From: an uncultured Saprospiraceae bacterium
Lineage (GTDB): Bacteria; Bacteroidota; Bacteroidia; Chitinophagales; Saprospiraceae
Assembly: GCA_937959275.1 (NCBI GenBank)
Contig: CALGLU010000022.1
Coordinates: 130,589 to 194,588 of the forward strand
Reading direction: 5' to 3'
Length of the DNA stretch: 64,000 nucleotides
In this document: positions 1 to 7,955 of the stretch, piece by piece
Position numbering within the stretch: position 1 is the first letter of the stretch
Layout: each line of letters starts with the position of its first letter
Notes under the pieces: model-generated
Seen by the model: the letters and a program-made list of their open reading frames with translations, nothing else
What the model was told of the DNA's origin: nothing
Databases searched by the model: none
Translations under genes and position numbers: made by a program

Positions 1-379
1 AATAGCCTTTATATGGTGATTCTAATTTCAATGATTCTTTACAGCCAAATGCAATCAAGCAACCAGCAACATTCTTATTTTCCTTTTTAGATCCAATGTT
101 GAATGGAGCTAATTCGATCAATTCCATTATTAACATTCCATCATCCTCTACTAATTGAATTACACCATGTATTTTGGTTGAATTTTTCTCTTTCAATGTA
201 AATATTGAATTCGGATTTTCTTGGTATACGTTTAACCAGTTAAATGACCACCCATCCTCCTTCGTTGGTACAAGTTCTTTCGAGATAGACACGATTATGC
301 ACTTTATCGTAAGATTCCCTACTGAACTAATTATTTTCAAGTTGTCATTTTTGTATACTAAATATACAACAAATTTCAT
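1..379 (-). CDS. hypothetical protein, 3' end cut by window edge (possible GNAT-fold acetyltransferase)
   Basis: Absent from the ORF track because it has no in-window stop. A reverse-strand ATG at 379..377 opens a stop-free frame running to position 2 (126 codons, MKFVVYLVYKNDNLK...LIELAPFNIGSKKENKNVAGCLIAFGCKESLKLESPYKGY). The functional guess rests only on remembered similarity to GNAT-like proteins. Confidence 0.4.
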   Translation of the reverse strand, partial: MKFVVYLVYKNDNLKIISSVGNLTIKCIIVSISKELVPTKEDGWSFNWLNVYQENPNSIFTLKEKNSTKIHGVIQLVEDDGMLIMELIELAPFNIGSKKENKNVAGCLIAFGCKESLKLESPYKGY

Positions 380-432
380 TATTTGTCAAGTTGTTATACC
401 TGCAGCATGGCTAAGGTATGAATACCTCCTAC

Positions 433-1842
433 CTAAATTTTAGACCTCCTAGCCTCATCAAGCAGTACCACCAATTCTTTTACTTCAGTTTCAGTCGTCG
501 CATAATTAGTAATGCATGCCCTCAAACACCACTCCCCATTAATTGGATACAACGAAATCCAAGCTCGCTTACTCTTCACAACAAATTCACAGATTCGCCT
601 CAATTCATCTTCCGTATCCGACGCCCCTTTAAAACAGATAATCGGTAAGGCAGAACTATTTTTTATCTCCCATCCATGCTCCACTAATAAGCCCTTCATC
701 AGCTCACCCATATCTATATGATGCTGAATCGTCTTTTCATAACCGGCCCACCCAAAAAACAACAAACTCATATACATCCTCAAACCTAATGAGCGCCTCG
801 ACCATTGTATCGAATGTGTATACGGATCTTCTGCATCAAACTCAGTCCCCTCCTTTGGCATATAATCCGCCGTGATTCTAAAGGTAGAACTGAGGCTTTC
901 CGGATGACTTGTCAAAAATGTACCAGTCCCCATTGGCGCAGCCAACCACTTGTGAATATCGATCGTAATACTATCTGATTCCTCGATGCCGGATAGTAAT
1001 GCCTTCTTCTCGCTATGCAATGCCAGCGCTCCTGCAAACGCACCATCCACATGATACCAGAGACCATACTTCTTAGCAATATCAGCCATGGGCCCAAGCG
1101 GATCAATATTGCCAGGACCCGTCGTCCCAGCTGTTGCCACTAACATAAAGGGAGCAAAGCCATTAGACAAATCATCTTGTATCATCTTATCTAATGCATC
1201 AACATTGATCTGTAGTTGATCATTTTGCACAACATGCCGAACAGCCTCTATACCCAAGCCGCACATCCGCGCCGCCTTGGCTATAGAGTGATGCGTTTCT
1301 GAAGAACAATACAAGACAGGTTGCTTATCTATGCCTCGCAGACCAGTCATAAGATATTGAGGGAAGGCGTGATTCAATGCACAGAGAACGGCTGTTTGAT
1401 TGGCTTCAGCACCTCCGCTACAAAAGGTCCCGTCTGTCTGTTCGTAGCCCATGCGTTTGCCAAGCTCAGCGATCAAATATTCTTCAACAGCAAAGGTGAA
1501 TGGATTATGACTCCAGGCAGCCATTTGTGGATTGGTTGTCGCTGTCATCAAATCAGCAACGATGCCTGGAAAAGCAGGACGCGGATTAAATAGACCAAAA
1601 TAAGAGGGATGTGCGACCTGCACGGCTCGTTTTTCTAAGCCACCAAAGACATGGTCTATAATGGCCTTTGAGTCATGAAGAGGAGCCGTTGCAAAATCTG
1701 ATATATATTCTCGGACTGCATTTATATTTAAATCAGGGCTGACATCTCTCGCCTTAGTGTTTTCATAATACTCTTCTAGTAACTCTGAGGTATACCCAAT
1801 AATATCTTTTCGTTGCTGTGAGTCTAAGTCAAAGAGTGCCAT
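433..1842 (-). CDS. pyridoxal-dependent (group II) amino-acid decarboxylase
   Basis: 469 aa. Has the PLP-lysine context SITIDIHKWLAAPMGTG and an overall group II decarboxylase pattern (NPQMAAWSHNPFTFAVEE, CSGGAEANQTAV, WYHVDGAFAG). Substrate cannot be told from sequence. Confidence 0.85.
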   Translation of the reverse strand: MALFDLDSQQRKDIIGYTSELLEEYYENTKARDVSPDLNINAVREYISDFATAPLHDSKAIIDHVFGGLEKRAVQVAHPSYFGLFNPRPAFPGIVADLMTATTNPQMAAWSHNPFTFAVEEYLIAELGKRMGYEQTDGTFCSGGAEANQTAVLCALNHAFPQYLMTGLRGIDKQPVLYCSSETHHSIAKAARMCGLGIEAVRHVVQNDQLQINVDALDKMIQDDLSNGFAPFMLVATAGTTGPGNIDPLGPMADIAKKYGLWYHVDGAFAGALALHSEKKALLSGIEESDSITIDIHKWLAAPMGTGTFLTSHPESLSSTFRITADYMPKEGTEFDAEDPYTHSIQWSRRSLGLRMYMSLLFFGWAGYEKTIQHHIDMGELMKGLLVEHGWEIKNSSALPIICFKGASDTEDELRRICEFVVKSKRAWISLYPINGEWCLRACITNYATTETEVKELVVLLDEARRSKI

Positions 1843-1927
1843 TTTTTATGTAATTGATTGTTAGCATTTTAAGCAAAAATTAATTGCTTTCCTAAACACT
1901 CAAGGTAAGATTTAGTTTTAAGAGTTG
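1801..1927. repeat. direct repeat copy 1 (paired with 3922..4046)
   Basis: Hand alignment to 3922..4046 gives roughly three quarters identity with two small gaps. Shared exact blocks are AGTCTAAGTCAAAGAG (1821-1836), GTAATTGATTG (1850-1860) and GCTTTCCTAAAC (1886-1897). The repeat covers the first 14 codons of the decarboxylase plus 85 nt upstream. Confidence 0.8.
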
Positions 1928-1930
1928 TCT

Positions 1931-2014
1931 TATCGGTATGCTCTGTCCTTCGCTTCGACGCGATGCATCGCTTCCCTAAGGGAGGACGGGTGGGTGACAG
2001 ACAAGATTTAGGAA
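1931..2014 (-). repeat. possible diverged, inverted member of intergenic repeat family A
   Basis: The reverse complement shares ordered motifs with 3861..3926 (TTCCTAAA ... TTAGGGA ... GCGA..AGCATA..GA). Large indels separate them. It contains a perfect 12-nt palindrome, GCGATGCATCGC (1960-1971). The resemblance is at motif level only. Confidence 0.3.
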
Positions 2015-2106
2015 CCACATCCAAAGCTACCTCGCAGGGAAGCTTTTTTGCTGCGCTTTTTAATTAGTTCTAATACAATAACGATCACTGCTATTTACCA
2101 TCAATA

Positions 2107-3645
2107 TTAATTGCTCGTACAACCGTCAAGAATCGCTTCAAATATAGCTCCCGTTTTCACCTCAAAACCAGTATTTAAATGCACACAATGACCGGCATCG
2201 TAAATAATAGAACCACTGTTTATTGTATTCTCTGCATAGATAAGCTGACTACTCTGGTATTGCTCATTTAAATTGCTAAAGTCATCAGAGAAGAATCTCT
2301 CTTCCAAGCAACGACATTCAGTGTCAACTACACTTACATTGTCAAAGAACAATTTATGTTCTAGTTCACTGCCAACATTAAAGCGTAAACGACTATCAGA
2401 ATTTGTCTCTTCTAACATATTGAACTCGTAAGTATATCGAGTAGGTATATTTGTTATTTGTTGGGTTTTGAAAAAGTATCCTGTGCCTTGACCATCATTC
2501 ATAATAATATCGATCAAGCGAGGATCTTCAGCATGCGCATCAAAAGATAATTGATATCTTTTATCCTGCTCAAGTAAGATATTCGATTGTATTAATCTGA
2601 TATGCCATTGAGCGGTCCCCAAAGTCTGGATGTCAACTTCTGCAATCCCATTGTTAATAGTTAAGCTAGCATCAGAATCACCAAAATTGAAAACATTCCA
2701 AGCTAAATCATTTTGACTGAAACCGCCATTGAGTAGTTCTTCGCAGTCTCGAGCAAGTGGTAAATTAATCAGAGGAAAATTGCTAGGCAAACTAGTAACA
2801 GGATTATTACAATCTGGATATCTCGATGGATTTGTCCAATAGCCATAACTTCTGAAGGTGTCCCAGTCTGCCGAATCAATGTAGATTCTAGCTCGTATTG
2901 ATTGAGCTTCTTCATTTGTTGCTGCGGCTTGATTAATCTGTGCTGTCAAATCGAATTTAGTTAGTAATTCTGTGATGGCAGTTTGTCTTTGTGTTTCATC
3001 ACCATAGATGTATCTCTGCCCTTGTGTTCCTACTTGTAAAGAAGCTTTATCAAACCCGTAGGTATCGCCGATCAAATGAAAAAGCTGGATGATTCGATTT
3101 GGCCCAAAATTTAGTAAGCCCCATGGTTTAGTGTCATCAGGATGAAATGGTGAATGTGTATGATCATCAATGTAAAAGCTATTGGATGAGCCACAGTTGC
3201 CCCCTTCTGTATCAATGATTCCTGCTAGAAAATTTGGATTTCTTACGGCATCTCTTAATAGTTGAGGATCGCCTGGATTACTTCCAGGAATTGCATCAAA
3301 CCAATAATCCCAAGGTTCAAGTATTCGTCTGCGATTCGTCCCTCCATTTGCTAAGACTAGACCCACATCACTTTCTAGTAATCTATCTACGACATCCTTA
3401 TATCTATTGTCAAACTGACTGCCATTAGGACCGGTATATTGGATGCCAGTGAAGTTGTCTAAGTCATTTGGCCTACCATCTCCCCAGATCCATCCAAGCC
3501 ATCTAGAAAAATCTGCTTGTTCTTGTGCGGATAATTCAGCATACGATACTTGTTGTGCGATTAAATCACTACTTATATTTAATACTAGAGTAGATATGAT
3601 AAAGGCGGAATAAAAGATTGTTTTAAAGTGCATCATCTTAAACAT
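2107..3645 (-). CDS. secreted protein with LAGLIDADG-like N-terminal region and CBM4/9-like carbohydrate-binding module
   Basis: 512 aa. N-terminal signal-peptide-like segment (MHFKTIFYSAFIISTLVLNISSDLIAQ). Motifs WLGWIWGDGRP (aa 49-59) and FLAGIIDTEGG (aa 139-149). The C-terminal half fits a CBM4/9-type pattern (LAWNVFNFGD...AQWHIRLIQSNILLEQDKRYQLSFDAHA...LRFNVGSE...FFDNVSV). The tail is IYDAGHCVHLNTGFEVKTGAIFEAIL. Confidence 0.6.
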   Translation of the reverse strand: MFKMMHFKTIFYSAFIISTLVLNISSDLIAQQVSYAELSAQEQADFSRWLGWIWGDGRPNDLDNFTGIQYTGPNGSQFDNRYKDVVDRLLESDVGLVLANGGTNRRRILEPWDYWFDAIPGSNPGDPQLLRDAVRNPNFLAGIIDTEGGNCGSSNSFYIDDHTHSPFHPDDTKPWGLLNFGPNRIIQLFHLIGDTYGFDKASLQVGTQGQRYIYGDETQRQTAITELLTKFDLTAQINQAAATNEEAQSIRARIYIDSADWDTFRSYGYWTNPSRYPDCNNPVTSLPSNFPLINLPLARDCEELLNGGFSQNDLAWNVFNFGDSDASLTINNGIAEVDIQTLGTAQWHIRLIQSNILLEQDKRYQLSFDAHAEDPRLIDIIMNDGQGTGYFFKTQQITNIPTRYTYEFNMLEETNSDSRLRFNVGSELEHKLFFDNVSVVDTECRCLEERFFSDDFSNLNEQYQSSQLIYAENTINSGSIIYDAGHCVHLNTGFEVKTGAIFEAILDGCTSN

Positions 3646-3860
3646 GAAAAATGTTATTTTAAGGTGGCTAATGTTTAATAACTTTTGTAAAAAGAATGAT
3701 CATCGAACAATTCATTATAGAACCGAAACTGTAAAGTTCGTAGAAGGGGAGAAGCATCAAAAATACAAAATATATAATTATACTTAAATGGGCTTGTTAG
3801 AATAGGGTGTATTACATATAGCATTGCTTATAATCAAAATTGCTGCCACGCGCCTTAAAT

Positions 3861-3926
3861 TCCTAAAGCAAATCCGCGCTGCTGTCCATTTAGGGATCAT
3901 AGGGCGAGCCTAGCATATTGAAATTT
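3861..3926 (+). repeat. intergenic repeat family A, copy A1
   Basis: About 53 of 67 aligned columns match 38621..38686 by hand alignment: TCCTAAAG..(T)C.GCGCT..TCC.TTTA.G.GA.CATAGG(G)GCGAGCC.AGC.T.TTGAAATTT. An internal stem CCTAAA/TTTAGG is conserved in both copies. Confidence 0.7.
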
Positions 3927-4046
3927 CTTTCCGTTGTTTTTAGTCTAAGTCAAAGAGGCATTATTTAAGTAATTGATTGCCACCATCCAAAGTAAAATGT
4001 AATCGCTTTCCTAAACGCTCAACGTAAGTTTTCGTTTTGAGATTAG
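3922..4046. repeat. direct repeat copy 2 (paired with 1801..1927)
   Basis: See copy 1. This copy covers the last 28 codons plus stop of phoD (3961-4046) and 39 nt downstream. Confidence 0.8.
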
Positions 4047-5478
4047 ACACATAATACCATTCAACTGATGCTGTCTCTTGCTTTAGTGTTAGAATTGTGT
4101 AGCCGTGATTTCTACCATCGACATACTTGAGGTGAGGATTAGATACTTGGAGCATTTTCTCCCCCATGATGACCTCTTCTGAAGGAGATCTTTCATTCAG
4201 ATTTGATGAGGTGATACTTGGTGTTCCGATTTCAATAGCAACAGGGCGGTAATTATTTTTGTAAGCGGATGCTTTGTACGGTACTTCGAAAGCCCAAGAC
4301 ATGTGTGTATCACCTGTTACGATGACCACATTCGAAATTTCATTCTCATCGATATAAGATATAATGTCATTTCTCTCACTGGCATAACCATCCCAAGCAT
4401 CCATATTAAATTGTTGGTCTCTGACACGAGCCATGTTCAGAGGCGAAAAGATAACCTGATTGCCGATCAGTTTCCATTTAGCTGTAGAAGAGCGTAATTG
4501 ATTTTTAAACCAATCTAATTGTTGAGCTCCGAGCATACTTTGATTGGCGAGTTCTGGTCCAGCCGTTTCGAGTTGTTGCGTACGCCCTTCTAATCGACCA
4601 TCTAACATGATGACATCTACAAGCTTGCCTATGGAGAATTGTCTATACAGCGGATCATTAGCTGTCACATCAGTGGGCATCCATTCGTGATACACTTGCT
4701 TGGCGATGCCAGCACGGGTCATATAATCACCTTCATCATCTTGATGATTTTGAGCGCCAGTTTGGTAGGCATCATTCGAAATTTCGTGATCATCCCAGAT
4801 CATGATAAACGGATGTTTTTGATGGGCCAATTGCAGATCAGGATCCATTCTATATTGAGCATATCGCTGTCTGTAATCACTGAGTGTGAGAATTTCCTTG
4901 GCAGGCAAATGTTTCCTGCTGAGTGTTTTGTCACCATATGTATCAGGACCATACTCATAGATATAGTCACCAAGGTGCATCACAAAGTCTAATGATTTAT
5001 CAGCCAGTGACTCATAGGCATTAAAATAGCCTGCTTCATAATTCGAACAACTGACGACAGCTATCCGAACTTGATCAGCATTGTTAGCCATTGTTGAAGT
5101 TGCCCCAACTTTGGATTTATATTTTTTTGTGGAGAATTGGTAATAGTATGATGTCCCAGGCTCTAAGCCAGTGGCCTTAGCTTTAAAAGTACTGGCTGTT
5201 TGATTGGTCAACGTAGCTGTTCCTGACTGCACGATAGAGTTCATGTCCGCTGTCCGACTGATTTCCCATTTCATTTCATCAGCTAGTTTCTTTTCATTTT
5301 CTGATATTCCGGTCCATAGGATGATGGATGTATTTGTCGGATCACCAGACGCAATGCCATATTTGAAAATAGTAGCAGATTGATTTACATCAATATCAGA
5401 TATTTTTTTTGAGCAAGAAATGAGGAGAAAAACGAAGGAAAGATTGAGGATTAATAGGCGTAAGTTCATCATAATCAA
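3961..5478 (-). CDS. phoD: alkaline phosphatase D family (PhoD-like phosphodiesterase/phosphatase), lipoprotein
   Basis: 505 aa. Lipoprotein-type signal (LLISCSKK). PhoD motifs GIASGDPTNTSIILWT, HLGDYIYEY, WDDHEISND and GDTHMSW. Confidence 0.9.
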   Translation of the reverse strand: MIMMNLRLLILNLSFVFLLISCSKKISDIDVNQSATIFKYGIASGDPTNTSIILWTGISENEKKLADEMKWEISRTADMNSIVQSGTATLTNQTASTFKAKATGLEPGTSYYYQFSTKKYKSKVGATSTMANNADQVRIAVVSCSNYEAGYFNAYESLADKSLDFVMHLGDYIYEYGPDTYGDKTLSRKHLPAKEILTLSDYRQRYAQYRMDPDLQLAHQKHPFIMIWDDHEISNDAYQTGAQNHQDDEGDYMTRAGIAKQVYHEWMPTDVTANDPLYRQFSIGKLVDVIMLDGRLEGRTQQLETAGPELANQSMLGAQQLDWFKNQLRSSTAKWKLIGNQVIFSPLNMARVRDQQFNMDAWDGYASERNDIISYIDENEISNVVIVTGDTHMSWAFEVPYKASAYKNNYRPVAIEIGTPSITSSNLNERSPSEEVIMGEKMLQVSNPHLKYVDGRNHGYTILTLKQETASVEWYYVSNLKTKTYVERLGKRLHFTLDGGNQLLK

Positions 5479-5580
5479 TGGTCTAAATCGGTTAAAAAAG
5501 GTTTATGTCTTGATATAACAATTGTATATTTCTAGCTCAAATTTAAATCAATTTAAAAAAAACGTCTTGGATTATTGGAA

Positions 5581-5724
5581 GTATGGAAAATGTTGCATAA
5601 AATTGAGAAGAATTTGGGGATATAACTTTTAAATAAAATCATTTTCCATACCGATTAAAGATGTAAAGTTGTTCTTTTAAATTGGGGGATTGTGTACCTG
5701 CCAGGGTACATATCCCCTTTTTTT
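5581..5724 (+). promoter_or_regulatory. structured leader or small RNA ending in an intrinsic terminator, directly upstream of pepT
   Basis: A perfect 12-bp inverted repeat, GTATGGAAAATG (5581-5592) / CATTTTCCATAC (5640-5651). GGGGATAT (5616-5623) is complementary to the terminator 3' arm ATATCCCC (5710-5717). The terminator hairpin plus T7 ends 25 nt before the pepT ATG. Confidence 0.45.
5685..5724 (+). terminator. Rho-independent terminator-like hairpin
   Basis: A 13-bp stem with a 1-nt bulge (GGGGATTGTGTACC / GGTACATATCCCC) and a 6-nt loop, followed by TTTTTTT (5718-5724). No plus-strand CDS lies upstream of it. Confidence 0.6.
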
Positions 5725-5748
5725 ATGTCTTAAACTCAATTCTCAACA

Positions 5749-7011
5749 ATGTTGTTGCAACACACTCTCAAAGAACGTTTTCTCAGATATGTACAAATTG
5801 ATACCGAGGCTGATCCATTTTCGACAAGTTCACCATCTAGCGAAAAACAGAAAGATTTATCAAAAATCTTAGTGTCCGAATTACATGAAATGAATGTGAG
5901 TAATGCATTTATGAATGAGTTCGGGTATGTCATGGCTGAAATTCCAGGTCAGGTAGATGATCAAATACCGGGTATATTTTTCTGTGCTCATATTGATACA
6001 GCACCAGATGTGACAGGAAAAGACGTCAAGCCTATTGTCCATACGAATTATCAAGGTCAGGATATCATTTTACCAGATGACTCAGATCAAATAGTCGGCC
6101 CAAAAAAATATCCTCAACTGCTTAATAAAATCGGACACGATATAATCACGGCGAGTGGGACTACGCTTTTAGGTTCAGATGATAAAAGTGGATTGGCCAT
6201 CATTATGGATGCTGTCTATCAGTTGATGAATAGTCGTGCTGATATCAAAAGAGGCCCTGTCAGTATCTTATTCACAACAGATGAAGAAGTGGGGAGAGGT
6301 GTAGCCCATGTTGATATCGATGCGATCAATGCCGAGTATGGATTTACCTTAGATGGAGGCGATGTTGGTGATTATGCAGATGAAAATTTTTCTGCTGATG
6401 GTATAAAGGTAGTGATTAAAGGGCTCAGTGCGCATCCTGGATATGCTAAAGGAAAAATGCAGCATGCGATGAAAATTGCAGCGCGCTTTTTGGCAGCTCT
6501 ACCGATGGATTCGCTGTGCCCTGAGGTGACATCAGGCAAAGAAGGATTTATTCATCCAAGCCATATCGAAGGAGGACTGGAGCAAACAACAGTTGAATTT
6601 ATCATTCGCGATTTTGACACAAGCAAACTGGACGATCATGCTGCGCTTATTGAAAAAACGATTCAAGAAATTCTTGTAGACTTTCCAGACTCCAGTTATG
6701 AGCTCATCAGAGAAGAGCAATATCGGAATATGAAAGACGTTATCGATCGCTATCCACATATCAATGAGATAGCGCTTGCAGCGATGGAGAGAGCGGGTGT
6801 ACATGCTAAGCATAAGGGGATCAGAGGAGGGACTGATGGCGCGGTCTTAAGTCATGAAGGCTTACCATGTCCTAACTTGTTTGCTGGCGAACAAGGCGTC
6901 CATTCACGTACGGAGTGGACAAGTGTGCAGGATATGCAAAAGTCTGTAGAGACAGTGTTACATATTATAGATGTGCATGCTGAAAAGTATTCATCTAGTA
7001 CGAATATTTAA
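5749..7011 (+). CDS. pepT: peptidase T (M20B tripeptide aminopeptidase)
   Basis: 420 aa. The N-terminus LLQHTLKERFLRYVQIDT is typical of PepT. Metal-binding regions are FFCAHIDTAPD, GSDDKSGLAIIMDA and FTTDEEVG. Confidence 0.9.
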   Translation: MLLQHTLKERFLRYVQIDTEADPFSTSSPSSEKQKDLSKILVSELHEMNVSNAFMNEFGYVMAEIPGQVDDQIPGIFFCAHIDTAPDVTGKDVKPIVHTNYQGQDIILPDDSDQIVGPKKYPQLLNKIGHDIITASGTTLLGSDDKSGLAIIMDAVYQLMNSRADIKRGPVSILFTTDEEVGRGVAHVDIDAINAEYGFTLDGGDVGDYADENFSADGIKVVIKGLSAHPGYAKGKMQHAMKIAARFLAALPMDSLCPEVTSGKEGFIHPSHIEGGLEQTTVEFIIRDFDTSKLDDHAALIEKTIQEILVDFPDSSYELIREEQYRNMKDVIDRYPHINEIALAAMERAGVHAKHKGIRGGTDGAVLSHEGLPCPNLFAGEQGVHSRTEWTSVQDMQKSVETVLHIIDVHAEKYSSSTNI

Positions 7012-7901
7012 AAGCAGGACAAAACATTTTCTAGAATTGGATTTTTCCTTTCTGTATTCCACGCGATTGATAGAATTGCCTTTTGTGGAATGGATTTTAA
7101 CTGGATCACTTTAATACCGATTGATTGACCAATATCAAGTGTTAATGAGTGAGGCACAATCGCTACACCTAATCCATTTTCAACCAATCTAAAAATCGTA
7201 TTGGCATGAATTGATTTGTGGGAAACCTTTGGATAAAAACCGGCATCTGAAAAGATACTCATAATCTTAGTGTAATACGTAGAGCTGTAATCACTCGAAA
7301 ATAGAATAAACGAATCTTCACTAAATTGATCCACACTTTTAAATGTCTTTTGATGAATCGGATGATCTTTTGGAATAACCAAAGAGAAATGTTCTTCAGC
7401 AATTTGATCTAAGTGAATACCCTCTGGTGTTTTGTCTAGTCTCACAAACGCTAAATCTAGTTGATGCTTTTGCAAGGCTTCTATTTGAGAATGATTAGCC
7501 ATCTCATTGAATTCAAAATGGATGTTGGGTAGCTTGGTATTACAGGTTTTTATAAGCTGAGGTATGACGGTTTGCATGGCAGATCCGACAAATCCAATCT
7601 GTAATTCTCCTTCTACACCTTCTGCGATATTCTTCAGTTTTGCACTGGTTTTAGTTAAGAACCCACTAAGTATTTCAACCTGTTGTTTTAAGTAATGACC
7701 GCAGGGCGTCAAACTCACATTCCGTTGATTCCTATCTAACAGTGTAACACCTAATTGATTTTCAAGTAACTGGATTTGTTTGCTCAGTCCAGGCTGTGAT
7801 AGGAATAGTTTCTCTGCTGCTTTTCTGAAATGCAATTCTTCAGAAAGAACTAAAAAAGAATACAAGTGTCGAAGTTCTGTTTGATAATTCATAGTTATCA
7901 A
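7008..7901 (-). CDS. LysR family transcriptional regulator
   Basis: 297 aa. N-terminal HTH (LRHLYSFLVLSEELHFRKAAEKLFLSQPGLSKQIQLLE) plus a LysR substrate-binding domain. It is divergent from hutH and overlaps the pepT stop by 4 nt in convergent orientation. Confidence 0.9.
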   Translation of the reverse strand: MITMNYQTELRHLYSFLVLSEELHFRKAAEKLFLSQPGLSKQIQLLENQLGVTLLDRNQRNVSLTPCGHYLKQQVEILSGFLTKTSAKLKNIAEGVEGELQIGFVGSAMQTVIPQLIKTCNTKLPNIHFEFNEMANHSQIEALQKHQLDLAFVRLDKTPEGIHLDQIAEEHFSLVIPKDHPIHQKTFKSVDQFSEDSFILFSSDYSSTYYTKIMSIFSDAGFYPKVSHKSIHANTIFRLVENGLGVAIVPHSLTLDIGQSIGIKVIQLKSIPQKAILSIAWNTERKNPILENVLSCF

Positions 7902-7955
7902 TTAATACTATAATGAATTTATTGGTTATCAATTTTAAGAATACTTTTGGTCAAA

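Noticed and set aside
174-721. Three plus-strand ORFs from the track (174..443, 418..648, 512..721).
   Set aside because: They are low-complexity translations. They are antisense to the decarboxylase gene or to the edge-truncated minus-strand ORF (1..379), which reads much more like a real protein.
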